From Bythopirellula sp. (GTDB lineage Bacteria > Planctomycetota > Planctomycetia > Pirellulales > Lacipirellulaceae), in the NCBI GenBank assembly GCA_965216565.1, contig OZ244170.1:2592001-2656000 (forward strand): a stretch of 64,000 nucleotides of DNA. Direction: 5' to 3'. The position numbers were made by a program, and so were the translations under genes. Position 1 is the stretch's first letter. Every line of letters begins with the position of its first letter. Positions 1-10,464 of the stretch are shown here, piece by piece. The notes under the pieces are model-generated. The model worked only from the letters and a program-made list of their open reading frames with translations, did not search any database and was not told where the DNA came from.

Positions 1-1634
1 ACCTGTTCCCTCAGCAGCATCTGCAAAACGCCTTGCACTTCGGCAAGAGACATCGATTCGGGAATAAGCTCATCGACCACCGCTGGCTGAGACTGACGGA
101 GTTCGTCGACCAAATGTTTGGTGGAGTCTCTAGTCAGCACTTCATCAGCGTGGCGACGGCAGATTTCTGTCAGGTGTGTGGCAAGAACTGCCCCGGGCTC
201 GACGACGGTATAGCCCATCAGTTCGGCCTGGTCCTTGAGTCCCGGCAGAATCCAGCGGGCATCTGTGCCGAATGCGGGATCTTTCGTGGCGATGCCATCA
301 ATCGCGCCGGTCGTCATTCCAGAATCGATGGCTAGTAGGTGCGTAGCTTCGATGTGATCGTTGGCGACCGGCATGTCGGCGATCTTGATACGATATTCAT
401 TGGGCTCAAGTCGCATGTTGTCGCGAATGCGGACCTTCGGCATGATGATTCCGATTTCACTGGCGACGCTTTGCCTGACGCGCTGCACTCGTTCCAGTAA
501 ATCGCCACCCCGTTTGGGATCGGCTAGCCGGATGAGTCCTACGCCAACCTCCACTTCCATGGGGTCGACGGTTAGGAAATCTTCGATTCTTTCTTCGACC
601 GGAGCGGCGGATTTTTCGGCTTCTTGCTGGGCTTCGGCTTCCTTCTTCGTTTCAGACTTGTTCAGTACACGTGCCATTCCAAGACAGGCAGCTCCCATCA
701 TCATCAAGGGCGTTCTAGGAAGATCTGTGGTGATTAACACTGCCAGAAATCCGCCTGTGATGGCCATCGCTTGGGGGCGCGAGAACAGTTGAGTAATGAA
801 TTCCTGTGGCAGATTGCTTCGCTTAGTACTCCGCGTGACCAGCAAGCCTGCGGCCAAGGAGACGAGAAAAGCGGGTACTTGGCTAACCAAGCCGTCACCG
901 ATCGTGAGAATCGTGAACATCTCACCCGCTTCGGAGATCGTCATGTCGTACTCAGCCATGCCGATGATTAGCCCACCGACGATGTTGATCACCGTAATGA
1001 CGATGCCTGCAATGGCATCGCCGCGGACGAATTTACTAGCACCATCCATGGCCCCGTAAAAGTCGGCCTGCAACGTGATCTCTTCCCGACGTTGCTGGGC
1101 TTCGTGCTCATCGATCATGCCGGCATTTAAGTCGGCATCGATCGCCATCTGCTTACCCGGCATTCCATCCAAGGCAAATCGTGCTGCGACTTCACTGATT
1201 CGTGTGGCACCTTTAGTGATGACCACAAACTGAATAACAACAATGATGATGAAAATGATGACGCCGACGACAATTTTACCGTCACCAGCAACAAAGCTGG
1301 CAAACGAGGTGATGACGCCACCGGCAGCTTCATCGCCGAATTTACCTGCCCGCGTGAGTATTAGCCTCGTGGTGGCGACATTGAGTACGAGCCGGGCAAG
1401 TGTGGTTGCCAGCAACAGCGATGGGAAAATACTGAACTCAAGAGGCGACCGAACGTAGATAGTCGTTAGCAAGACTATTACGGCAATCGTTATGTTGCCA
1501 GCCAGCAGGACATCCATGAGTCCAGGCGGCAACGGCACAAGTATCACCAGCACGCTGGCGATAATTGCGATCGGCAGAATGAGATCTTGAGCCCGACGGA
1601 TCAAGTCCGGCGCGCCCGACACCTCTGAAGCCAT
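1..1634 (-). CDS. flhA: Flagellar export apparatus protein FlhA (3' end runs off the window start)
   Basis: Manual translation from ATG 1634 (GGAGG RBS upstream): MASEVSGAPDLIRRAQDLILPIAIIASVLVILVPLPPGLMDVLLAGNITIAVIVLLTTIYVRSPLEFSIFPSLLLATTLARLVLNVATTRLIL, later ITKGATRISEVAARFALDGMPGKQMAIDADL and FYGAMDGASKFVRGDAIAG (FHIPEP signatures). Missing from the ORF track because it has no stop inside the window. Confidence 0.97.
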   Translation of the reverse strand, partial: MASEVSGAPDLIRRAQDLILPIAIIASVLVILVPLPPGLMDVLLAGNITIAVIVLLTTIYVRSPLEFSIFPSLLLATTLARLVLNVATTRLILTRAGKFGDEAAGGVITSFASFVAGDGKIVVGVIIFIIIVVIQFVVITKGATRISEVAARFALDGMPGKQMAIDADLNAGMIDEHEAQQRREEITLQADFYGAMDGASKFVRGDAIAGIVITVINIVGGLIIGMAEYDMTISEAGEMFTILTIGDGLVSQVPAFLVSLAAGLLVTRSTKRSNLPQEFITQLFSRPQAMAITGGFLAVLITTDLPRTPLMMMGAACLGMARVLNKSETKKEAEAQQEAEKSAAPVEERIEDFLTVDPMEVEVGVGLIRLADPKRGGDLLERVQRVRQSVASEIGIIMPKVRIRDNMRLEPNEYRIKIADMPVANDHIEATHLLAIDSGMTTGAIDGIATKDPAFGTDARWILPGLKDQAELMGYTVVEPGAVLATHLTEICRRHADEVLTRDSTKHLVDELRQSQPAVVDELIPESMSLAEVQGVLQMLLREQ

Positions 1635-1685
1635 ACTTGGCCTCCGAGTTTAAATTTTGAAAAGATTGGTAGAAGAGTGGGCGGG

Positions 1686-1714
1686 AATATAGGGATACCT
1701 AAAGGTGGTGTCCA
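1686..1714 (-). promoter_or_regulatory. Putative sigma70 promoter of flhA
   Basis: Minus strand TGGACA-N17-TATATT, about 50 bp upstream of the flhA ATG. Confidence 0.5.
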
Positions 1715-1889
1715 GACCGCTCAGTAGGCCAGCTCACAATGCTCCATGGAACAGCTAGCATGTGACTCTGTTCCGGTTATGTAGCTCAGGCAGTCTTTTC
1801 ACTCTCTCGGTGGAGACGAGACCAAGATGAGAACGATATAGAAAGATGGATGCATCTCTTTTCAGAAACATCACCGCCAACGGCACAAA

Positions 1890-2408
1890 ATGATTTCTAA
1901 CTTTCATCATCGATCTCAGCATGTCGCACTGGCTCTTTTGCTGGCAATGGTTTTTGGCACAGTGGGCTGCAATCGGCAGCAGAATACCGGCGAACCATTG
2001 AGCAACGTTTCGCCCCATTTGCTGCGACAGGTTGGGGAGATCCAATTTGTGAAAGACCCCGCGGTAGGATTCCAAATTGCGGCGGAACGAAAACTGCCTT
2101 GCCTGCTTTTCTTCACGGCTGAATGGTGCACCTATTGTCACGATATGCAGGAGACTGCATTCATCGAACCCGCGATCGGGGACTTGGCGAAGGGCTTTAT
2201 CTGTATCGAGGTTGATGCAGATCGTGAGAAATCGCTGTGCCAGCGGTACCGAGTGTCGGGTTTCCCCACCGTCCAGTTCATCGCGGCCGACGGGCGGGCG
2301 TTGCACCGATTGGTGGGGAGACAGTCAGCCAATAGTCTCGCCACCGGGATGCGGGCCGCGAGTCAGCGTTTTGCTTGGTTGAGCGGAAACTCGACCAAAG
2401 CTCTCTAG
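1890..2408 (+). CDS. Thioredoxin-family protein, probably a lipoprotein
   Basis: FTAEWCTYC (CxxC), cis-Pro motif GFPTVQF, hydrophobic leader ending TVGC. Confidence 0.85.
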   Translation: MISNFHHRSQHVALALLLAMVFGTVGCNRQQNTGEPLSNVSPHLLRQVGEIQFVKDPAVGFQIAAERKLPCLLFFTAEWCTYCHDMQETAFIEPAIGDLAKGFICIEVDADREKSLCQRYRVSGFPTVQFIAADGRALHRLVGRQSANSLATGMRAASQRFAWLSGNSTKAL

Positions 2409-2608
2409 TCGCCGACTTCTCAGCGGTTGCCGGGGCTGAGCTCCCCCCGACGTCTTCTTCCATTTGGTTCGTCCAATTGGGCACTTGCGTCGATAGCTGT
2501 CTCGCGCGATACTCGTCGCTAGCAACCTATCCTCTTTATCTCACTCCTGAGACAGAGCTAACCTATTGCGTTCTGTCCGAGTGCCTTGGCATCCATCTAT
2601 GAAAATAA

Positions 2609-3562
<954 letters not shown>

Positions 3563-3728
3563 AGCCAACCGTTTGTAACACTCAATGCGGTCACCTGATT
3601 CTCAGGGCTAGCTTGGTCTTGTCTCGTAAGCAAGTCCTTTTTCGTCCTGACTGCCGACTTTTTATCCACCGGGTGGGTGCTAGCACTACCGCTTTAGGGG
3701 CGGAATGATCTAGATGTAGTGTACGACA

Positions 3729-3757
3729 TTGACATTTAGCAGAGGCTTGTCTACAAA
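3729..3757 (+). promoter_or_regulatory. Putative sigma70 promoter
   Basis: TTGACA-N17-TACAAA in the mdh-hydrolase intergenic region. Confidence 0.45.
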
Positions 3758-4031
3758 CCTTCGTTGCGACCCGGATTTGTTCCGTACCCTGTTTCCCTGT
3801 CATTCACAAGCGTTGGGCAATCACCAACATCGGTCCTTGTTTCCGTCGTTGCTTGCTTACCACTATGTGGTTGATAGAATCGTGCGAAGCTTGCGGGTTG
3901 CTGCTGAGATCGCGTCACTCAAAGAGTGGGTATTGGGATAGTCATCCTAGGTTGTCTATCGGGAGACTCTTGAGAATCGAGCGACCTCGCACCCAGTCTC
4001 CGTCAAATCCCTCCAATCAATCCAGAGTCCT

Positions 4032-4802
4032 ATGAATCGCACACCGATTTTATTCGATTCAGACATCACGAACACTCTCACGCCATCATCTGCCGAGTCT
4101 CTGGGTTTCAACAGGAGCTTCGCACCCTCCGAGCAGCTACCTGCAATTGAAACGCCCATTGATGGCTATAGTTCCTTTGTTCCGACGCATTATGAGAGTG
4201 GCTACGCCTACCCACTGATTGTGTGGTTGCACGGCCCAAACAGTGATGAATTTGAAGTCCAACGGGCTATGCCGCATGTGAGCACGCAAAACTTTGTTGC
4301 AGTGTCCCGGCAAGGTAATTCCCCAAGCTTCCACATACCAGGGGCCTACGGTTGGGGAGATACACCTGGTGCGACCGCGGATGCTGCGGAAAAAGTGGAG
4401 CAGTGTATTGCTGCTGCCAAGACGCAATTCAACATTCATGCCGACCGAATCTATTTGGCAGGATCTACCACCGGAGGCACCTTGGCTTTGCGACTTGCCA
4501 TGGAGTATCCAGGGATTTGTGCCGGCGCTGTCTCCCTAGGAGGACGACTACCCCAAGGAAATCGTCCCCTGAAACGCTTCGGCACATCGCGCAAGACCCC
4601 TCTAATGATGGCAGTGTCCCCTAGTGAGAGCTATTCTCTCGAAGATATTAAAGGAGACATCAACCTGATTCACAGCGCTGGATTTCCTTTGGAGCTGATG
4701 CTCTGTCCCGAAGGCGAAGATGTTTGCACCGTCATGCTAGCTCATGTGAATACATGGATCATGAATCAATTCTGCCCACAATCCGCTGCTGCTAAGTGCT
4801 AG
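4032..4802 (+). CDS. Alpha/beta hydrolase fold protein (phospholipase/carboxylesterase-like), catalytic motif degenerate
   Basis: PLIVWLHG, F-N-I-H-A-D-R-I-Y-L-A-G, GAVSLGGRLP match the family; the nucleophile elbow reads GSTTGG. Confidence 0.75.
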   Translation: MNRTPILFDSDITNTLTPSSAESLGFNRSFAPSEQLPAIETPIDGYSSFVPTHYESGYAYPLIVWLHGPNSDEFEVQRAMPHVSTQNFVAVSRQGNSPSFHIPGAYGWGDTPGATADAAEKVEQCIAAAKTQFNIHADRIYLAGSTTGGTLALRLAMEYPGICAGAVSLGGRLPQGNRPLKRFGTSRKTPLMMAVSPSESYSLEDIKGDINLIHSAGFPLELMLCPEGEDVCTVMLAHVNTWIMNQFCPQSAAAKC

Positions 4803-4871
4803 CGTTTTTCAGTTTTTGCTAGTTTCTCTTTCCTGTACTGTTTCGCTCTGCCTGCTCCACAACAACGTGGA

Positions 4872-4901
4872 TTGACATCGAAGCGAGACTTTCTGTACAA
4901 G
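4872..4901 (+). promoter_or_regulatory. Putative sigma70 promoter of the TPR-flgN-kinase-activator unit
   Basis: TTGACA-N18-TACAAG about 95 bp upstream of ATG 4996. Confidence 0.4.
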
Positions 4902-4995
4902 CCTACCCGCTTATCTGCCGAGTCCCGGCTGAAAGTCTGGTATGCGCACTTTAGATTTCTCCTCATCACGATAGCAATACATTCCCAAACCTCTC

Positions 4996-7434
4996 ATGGC
5001 CAAAGAAGCTGCTTCAAAAAAAGAAGAGGCGAAGCCAAGCGACAAACCTGCTGCGCGCAGTTTGCCGGAGCGCATCTTTGGCCTGATCACTTGGGCCAAG
5101 GAGCGAACGTGGCGGATGGCGCTGGTCGGCATGGTCGGCATCACCCTGCTAGGATCCGTCTTTGCGGTGTGGAGCTATCTGGCTCATCTGGCGGTTAGCG
5201 TAGAGGACCCCGTCACTTTGCAAATGGCTCTGAACAAGCTGAGCGAAGGAGACTATGAACAGGCAGAGACATTGGTGCGCACCATGCAACGCCAACCCCA
5301 GAATCCCGACGACTTTGGGGGAGCGCTTTACATCCTGGGCTCAGTAAAAGCCAATCAAGCGGAGAGCGAATGGTCGGCCGCCCGCCAACGGGCAGTCCAC
5401 TTGGTGGCAGCTCGCTATCTGCAAAAGGCGCTGACGCTGGGTGTCCCACCTGAAGTCGAGCCCCAACTGTTATTCCTTCTAGGGCAAAGCTTGATCCAAG
5501 GCAACCAGCCTCAAAAGGGGATTCGCATCCTCAATCAAGCACTGTCTCTGGAGAACGCTCCCTCACAGAAAGTACATATCTTGTTGACGGAAGCGAACCT
5601 TGCACTTCCCAATCCCGATTTAGAGTCTGTCCTTCATCACAACGCCGAGCTATTGAAATTTCCGAATCTTAGTGATGAGCAAAGAACCGAAGCGCTCATT
5701 GTTCGTGCCGAGACCCTGGGTCGTGTTGGGCGAGCGAAAGACGCAAACGAGATCTTAAAACAACTGAGCAAAGATCGAACTGAAGACGGTCAGCTGAAGA
5801 ACCTTTCCGGACGATTGTTACTCTCAGCCGCTGAAGAACTTCCTGAAACCAATCCACAGCGTCAAGCGATGATCGAACAAGCGGTTTCCGATCTGCAAGC
5901 GGCACAGCGACTGGACCCGTTCAACGGCGAGCAGACGCGTCGGGCTAAATACTGGATTGGTAAGAGCTTCGAACTGCAGCGCGACTACGAGTCGGCCATC
6001 GATGAATACGATCAAATTGGCAAACTCTATGGAGACACCCCCGAAAGCCTGGCAGCGCAAATTGCAGAGGCAGATTTACTTCGATTCGCCGGCAAGAAAA
6101 GCTTATCGCTAGCCGCCTATCGGCGCGTCCTCGAATCCGTCGGAAATCCGACCACTTACTCCAATAAGCTGATCTCTCTGGAAGATCTCAAGAAGCACTT
6201 ACGTAGTGCTCATGCCAGTTTCGTAGAAGCGGGAGAGTTTGAATCAGCTCTCGCGCTGCTCGAGCAATTCGACACTCTTTTCGAGCACGAAATCATCATC
6301 GAACTGCGAGCATCAACACATGAGGCATGGGGGCAGGCTGAACTGAAAGAAGCCGCTGCGAGCCCCCCGCTCCGTGCAGCTAGATTGGCTAAAGATGGTC
6401 GCTATCACCTTCGCGCCGCAGGGCGGGCGTTCGAATCGTTGGCAAAAGTCCGATTCGCAACTCGCGAATACACAGACGATTTATGGTTTGCCGCTGAGAA
6501 CTACTACCAAGGCCAAACCTACACGCATGCCGCGCGAATGCTAGAGAAGTATCTCCACTACGAACCTGAGCGTCGGAATGCGACCGTATTCCTGCGACTT
6601 GGCCAGTCTTACCTGACTCTTGGCGAAACAGAAAAAGCGATTCGGGCTTTGGAACAGTGCATCACCATGCATCCACGGGACCTGGCCGTCTATCAGGCGC
6701 GGCTCGAGTGTGTGCGGGCTTATCGCCAAATGGATCGCAACGAAGAAGCCGAAGCCTTGCTGCTGGAAAACATCAACGGCGATGAGCTGACTCCGAAAAG
6801 CCCCGAATGGCGCGACTCGCTTTTTGAGCTGGGAGAGATTCAGCACGAGACGGGTCGATTCGAGCAAGCTTTCAAAACGCTAGAAGAAGCCGTCATACGC
6901 TACCCCGATGCTCCACAGTCACTGATGGCCCGATACACGATTGCTAGATCGTTTCATAATGCTGCACAAGTGCCAGCCAACAAAGTACGTCTGGCAAAGA
7001 CCGAAAATGAGAGACAGAAAAACCGCAAGCTACGCGACGAGAATCTTCAAGGAGCGCTGGACAACTACAAACTTGTTCAACGGATGTTGACCTTACAAGA
7101 TCATGGCGAGAGCCATGTGCTGAAACAACACTTACTACGCAATTGCTACATGATGCAGGGCTCCGTACTGTTCCAACTGCGTCGGTACGAGGAAGCCCGG
7201 AAGGCTTATGCCAATGTATCGACACTTTTCCAAAGCGAGCCATTCGTCTTGGAAAGCTTTGTTCATATCGCCAATTGCTGGCGACGCTTGGATGAACCCA
7301 TGAATGCACGACGGACGATCGAGCAAGCCAAGTTGGTTTTGCAACGATTACCGTCTGACACAAATTTCAAGCTTGCGACGAATTTCAATCGACAGCAATG
7401 GCAACTGCTGCTGAATGAAATGAGCAAGTGGTAA
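4996..7434 (+). CDS. Membrane-anchored tetratricopeptide-repeat protein
   Basis: One N-terminal hydrophobic helix (MALVGMVGITLLGSVFAVWSYL) then many TPR-like helices (e.g. FLRLGQSYLTLGETEKAIRALEQCITMHP). Confidence 0.85.
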   Translation: MAKEAASKKEEAKPSDKPAARSLPERIFGLITWAKERTWRMALVGMVGITLLGSVFAVWSYLAHLAVSVEDPVTLQMALNKLSEGDYEQAETLVRTMQRQPQNPDDFGGALYILGSVKANQAESEWSAARQRAVHLVAARYLQKALTLGVPPEVEPQLLFLLGQSLIQGNQPQKGIRILNQALSLENAPSQKVHILLTEANLALPNPDLESVLHHNAELLKFPNLSDEQRTEALIVRAETLGRVGRAKDANEILKQLSKDRTEDGQLKNLSGRLLLSAAEELPETNPQRQAMIEQAVSDLQAAQRLDPFNGEQTRRAKYWIGKSFELQRDYESAIDEYDQIGKLYGDTPESLAAQIAEADLLRFAGKKSLSLAAYRRVLESVGNPTTYSNKLISLEDLKKHLRSAHASFVEAGEFESALALLEQFDTLFEHEIIIELRASTHEAWGQAELKEAAASPPLRAARLAKDGRYHLRAAGRAFESLAKVRFATREYTDDLWFAAENYYQGQTYTHAARMLEKYLHYEPERRNATVFLRLGQSYLTLGETEKAIRALEQCITMHPRDLAVYQARLECVRAYRQMDRNEEAEALLLENINGDELTPKSPEWRDSLFELGEIQHETGRFEQAFKTLEEAVIRYPDAPQSLMARYTIARSFHNAAQVPANKVRLAKTENERQKNRKLRDENLQGALDNYKLVQRMLTLQDHGESHVLKQHLLRNCYMMQGSVLFQLRRYEEARKAYANVSTLFQSEPFVLESFVHIANCWRRLDEPMNARRTIEQAKLVLQRLPSDTNFKLATNFNRQQWQLLLNEMSKW

Positions 7435-7470
7435 AGATAATAGCAACTCACACTACTCGAAGTATTGCGG

Positions 7471-7977
7471 ATGTCAGAGTTAGATACCAAACAACTGGCA
7501 GCACTAATCGACAAGCGGCACCGATGTTTTTCGGGTCTGTTGGAGTTGAGTACTATGCAGTCGGAGTTGATTGCCAAAGGCGACATGCCTGCACTTTTCA
7601 GGACGTTCACTGCCAAGAATCAGTGGGTGGTTGGTCTGCAGGCAATCGAACGCGAGTTGGCCCCCTATCAACAACAAGATCCTGAGTCGCGTGATTGGGC
7701 CTCTCCCAAGGAGAGAGAACAATGTGCGGCTCAGGCGGCGGAGTGCAAGAAATTGCTCGATCGCCTGATGCAACTAGAAATGGCAAATGAAAAAGCGATG
7801 ACGGAACGCCGAGATGACGTGGCAACGCGACTCAAAACTGCCCAAAGTGCAGGAGCAGCGCGAACTGCTTACCAGTCTCACCAGCAACCCCACACTATTG
7901 CTCCCCCGATCGCGTCACTGCCGTTGTCGGAGCAGAACCGTTCAAACCACTTAGACATGACGTCAGATGTAACGTAG
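7471..7977 (+). CDS. FlgN-like flagellar export chaperone
   Basis: Helical pattern LLELSTMQSELIAKGDMPALFRTFTAKNQ ... LLDRLMQLEMANE resembles FlgN; flagellar context. ATG 7471 preferred to TTG 7465. Confidence 0.55.
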   Translation: MSELDTKQLAALIDKRHRCFSGLLELSTMQSELIAKGDMPALFRTFTAKNQWVVGLQAIERELAPYQQQDPESRDWASPKEREQCAAQAAECKKLLDRLMQLEMANEKAMTERRDDVATRLKTAQSAGAARTAYQSHQQPHTIAPPIASLPLSEQNRSNHLDMTSDVT

Positions 7978-8001
7978 CTGGTAATCGGCCAGGACCAAAC
8001 C

Positions 8002-8892
8002 ATGGATAGCACATTTCAAATCGTAGAAGAGACTCTTGAGGGCGTTTCACCCGATACGAGCGGTCTTCCAGACAGCGGGGAGAACTGCAGTCTCGAAACG
8101 ATCCTAACTGCGTGGAACGATGCCACACTGCGATTGCAACAGACACACGAGGTGCTTCAAGCCGAGGTGAGTCGACTACGGCAGGAGCTGGAAGCAAAGA
8201 ACCATGAGCTTGCTCGCAAGAATCGGCTTGCCGATTTGGGCCGCATGGCCTCGCATGTTGCTCATGAGGTGAAGAATAGTCTGGTACCCGTCACACTTTA
8301 TATGAGTTTGTTAAAGCGTAAGTTGTCTAAGGACAACGATAGCCTAAGCATTTTGGCCAAAGTTGAGGCAGGGTTTATCGCCCTGGATGTTACCGTGAAC
8401 GATCTACTGAATTTTACATCTCATCGGGAACCACAATGGAACAACTTTGTGGTTAGTGAACTCATCGGAGAAATCTGTGAGTCGCTGCGACCTCAGTTCG
8501 AGGCGCAGTCCATTTTCGTATCGATTGACGTCACCAAGGGGCTATCGCTTCAGGCAGACCGAGAGATGCTTCGTCGAGCAATTCTCAATCTGGTCCTCAA
8601 TGCGGTCGAGGCCATGCAAGAGGGCGGGGAGCTGGTTTTCTCAGCCTACGATGGTCCGATGGGTTTTGAGCTAGAGATCGCCGACAGCGGAGCCGGCCTT
8701 TCAGAGAAACAGGCCCAGCACGTATTTGATCCGTTCTTTACCACGAAGAGCGACGGAACGGGCCTGGGCCTCGCTATCGTGCATCGTATCGCCGAGGCAC
8801 ATGGCGGACGCGTGACGGCTCGGAACTGCCCCGAGGGTGGTGCCGCTTTCACAATTGAGATACCACGCCGAGCAATGGGAATGGCAGCATGA
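8002..8892 (+). CDS. Cytoplasmic sensor histidine kinase (FlgS/FleS-like position)
   Basis: H box VAHEVKNSL, N box NLVLNAVEA, DSGAG, FDPFFTTK, GTGLGL; no transmembrane helix. Confidence 0.93.
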   Translation: MDSTFQIVEETLEGVSPDTSGLPDSGENCSLETILTAWNDATLRLQQTHEVLQAEVSRLRQELEAKNHELARKNRLADLGRMASHVAHEVKNSLVPVTLYMSLLKRKLSKDNDSLSILAKVEAGFIALDVTVNDLLNFTSHREPQWNNFVVSELIGEICESLRPQFEAQSIFVSIDVTKGLSLQADREMLRRAILNLVLNAVEAMQEGGELVFSAYDGPMGFELEIADSGAGLSEKQAQHVFDPFFTTKSDGTGLGLAIVHRIAEAHGGRVTARNCPEGGAAFTIEIPRRAMGMAA

Positions 8893-10367
8893 CAACGGAT
8901 GGCAACAAATCAGCAGGACGAGTTTTGGTTGTCGACGACCACGCCGCAGCACGCGAGTCGGTCGCTGATGTGTTGCGCCATAGTAGCTACGAAGTCATCT
9001 GCGCATCGTCCGCGGCAGAGGCCCTGGGCCGGCTGGATAACGAGAGTTTTCACCTGATGATTACCGATCTACAAATGCCCGGCATGGATGGCTTGGAGCT
9101 GATCCGCAGGATTCACCAGCGTCGGCTACCGATCGAAATTGTGATGATTACCGCGCATGCGACGATTGCCTCGGCGGTGGAAGCAATGCGGTATGGTGCT
9201 TTTGACTATCTTGAAAAACCCTTTGATGTTTTCCAATTGGAACGACTCGCCGCACAAGCGATCGAGCGCGGCCGCCTAATTCGACCCCCAGGCGAACCTA
9301 AGAATGCCGGCGAAGCGGCTGAATCGCTCGAAGCCATGATGGTGGGTGAGAGTGACTCGATGAAGTTGCTCCAAAGCCGAATCTCACAAGTTGCTCCGAC
9401 CGACGAAACAGTCCTGATTTGCGGCGAAAGCGGTACGGGCAAGGAACTAGTGGCCCGCGAGATTCATGCGAGAAGCCGTCGCATAACCGGCCCCATGGTC
9501 AGCTTGAATTGCCCTGCCCTCTCTGCTCAGCTCACCGAAAGCGAATTGTTTGGTCATCGGCGTGGAGCTTTCACTGGTGCGGATTCAGATCGCACGGGGC
9601 GGTTTGAATTAGCCGAGGGCGGAACCATCTTGCTGGACGAGATCACCGAAATCGATTTACCGCTGCAGGCAAAACTCTTGCGTGTCCTGCAAGAGCGGAC
9701 GTTCGAGCGCGTCGGTTGCAGCGAAACACGTGCTGCCAATGTTCGGGTGGTCGCCAGTACCAACCGAAACCTACGTGAAGAAGTCGAAGCGGGCAGATTC
9801 CGAGAAGACCTTTATTACCGACTGGCCGTAGTGCCTCTGGTAATTCCACCACTGCGAGAACGACGTGGCGACGTCCAATTGCTGGCAGATTATTTCTTAA
9901 ATCGCGCTGCTCAGCGTTTGAATCACTCCAACTATGAGTTGGATGCCGATGCTCGGGAATTGTTTGCCACGTACCATTGGCCTGGCAACGTTCGTGAGCT
10001 GGAAAATATTATTACGCGTGCTTGCGTTCTTAATGAAGGACACACCATCAATGCGGCTGAATTGCGACCATGGTTGCAAGAGCCGGAGCGGATAGATTGC
10101 CCTTCCGAACCCTCGCTACCTGTTGGTGCGAAGCTTGAGGATGTCGAGAAGACAATGATCCTCGCTACGTTGGAACACCACCAAGGTCATCGAGCCAAAA
10201 CCGCCAAGGCATTGGGCATTGGTGTTCGCACGCTGAGTGGCAAGTTGCGAAACTATGGAGTTGCCCCCCGAGCGAAGAGTTTAGAGGAAAGTCACACCTC
10301 GATCCGGCAAGAAGTGCCGAACAGTTCGGCAGACTTTGCCGGTGTCGCAACGAGAAAGCCCGCGTAG
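8889..10367 (+). CDS. Sigma54-dependent response regulator (NtrC family; FlgR/FleR-like)
   Basis: Receiver (VVDD, TDLQMPGMDG, KP), Walker A GESGTGKE, ESELFGH-GAFTGA, LLDEI, WPGNVRELEN, Fis-type HTH; 4-bp overlap with the kinase. Confidence 0.96.
   Translation: MTTDGNKSAGRVLVVDDHAAARESVADVLRHSSYEVICASSAAEALGRLDNESFHLMITDLQMPGMDGLELIRRIHQRRLPIEIVMITAHATIASAVEAMRYGAFDYLEKPFDVFQLERLAAQAIERGRLIRPPGEPKNAGEAAESLEAMMVGESDSMKLLQSRISQVAPTDETVLICGESGTGKELVAREIHARSRRITGPMVSLNCPALSAQLTESELFGHRRGAFTGADSDRTGRFELAEGGTILLDEITEIDLPLQAKLLRVLQERTFERVGCSETRAANVRVVASTNRNLREEVEAGRFREDLYYRLAVVPLVIPPLRERRGDVQLLADYFLNRAAQRLNHSNYELDADARELFATYHWPGNVRELENIITRACVLNEGHTINAAELRPWLQEPERIDCPSEPSLPVGAKLEDVEKTMILATLEHHQGHRAKTAKALGIGVRTLSGKLRNYGVAPRAKSLEESHTSIRQEVPNSSADFAGVATRKPA
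10305..10341. promoter_or_regulatory. Pair of palindromes, candidate upstream activator sites
   Basis: CGGCA-AGAAG-TGCCG (10305-10319) and CGGCA-GACTT-TGCCG (10327-10341), centres 22 bp apart, about 130-155 bp upstream of the -24 element. Confidence 0.55.
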
Positions 10368-10464
10368 TTTGCGGCAAACGGATAGCTATGGAAAGGCTGG
10401 CAAAGCAGTAGGAAAGCTTAGATTCAAAGGCGGACGCGAACAAGCGTTGAACAGTAAATATACA

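Noticed and set aside
33..1458. Several short plus-strand ORFs at the window start
   Set aside because: All lie antisense to the continuous flhA frame.
3915..3940. c-di-GMP-I riboswitch (CACTC-AAA-GAGTGGG resembles its P2 hairpin)
   Set aside because: Lacks the upstream GGCAAAC, the GNRA tetraloop and the downstream GCAAAG elements.
10388..10403. TGGCAAAGCAGTAGG as the flgB sigma54 promoter
   Set aside because: No GC at -12; the site at 10465-10481 fits properly.
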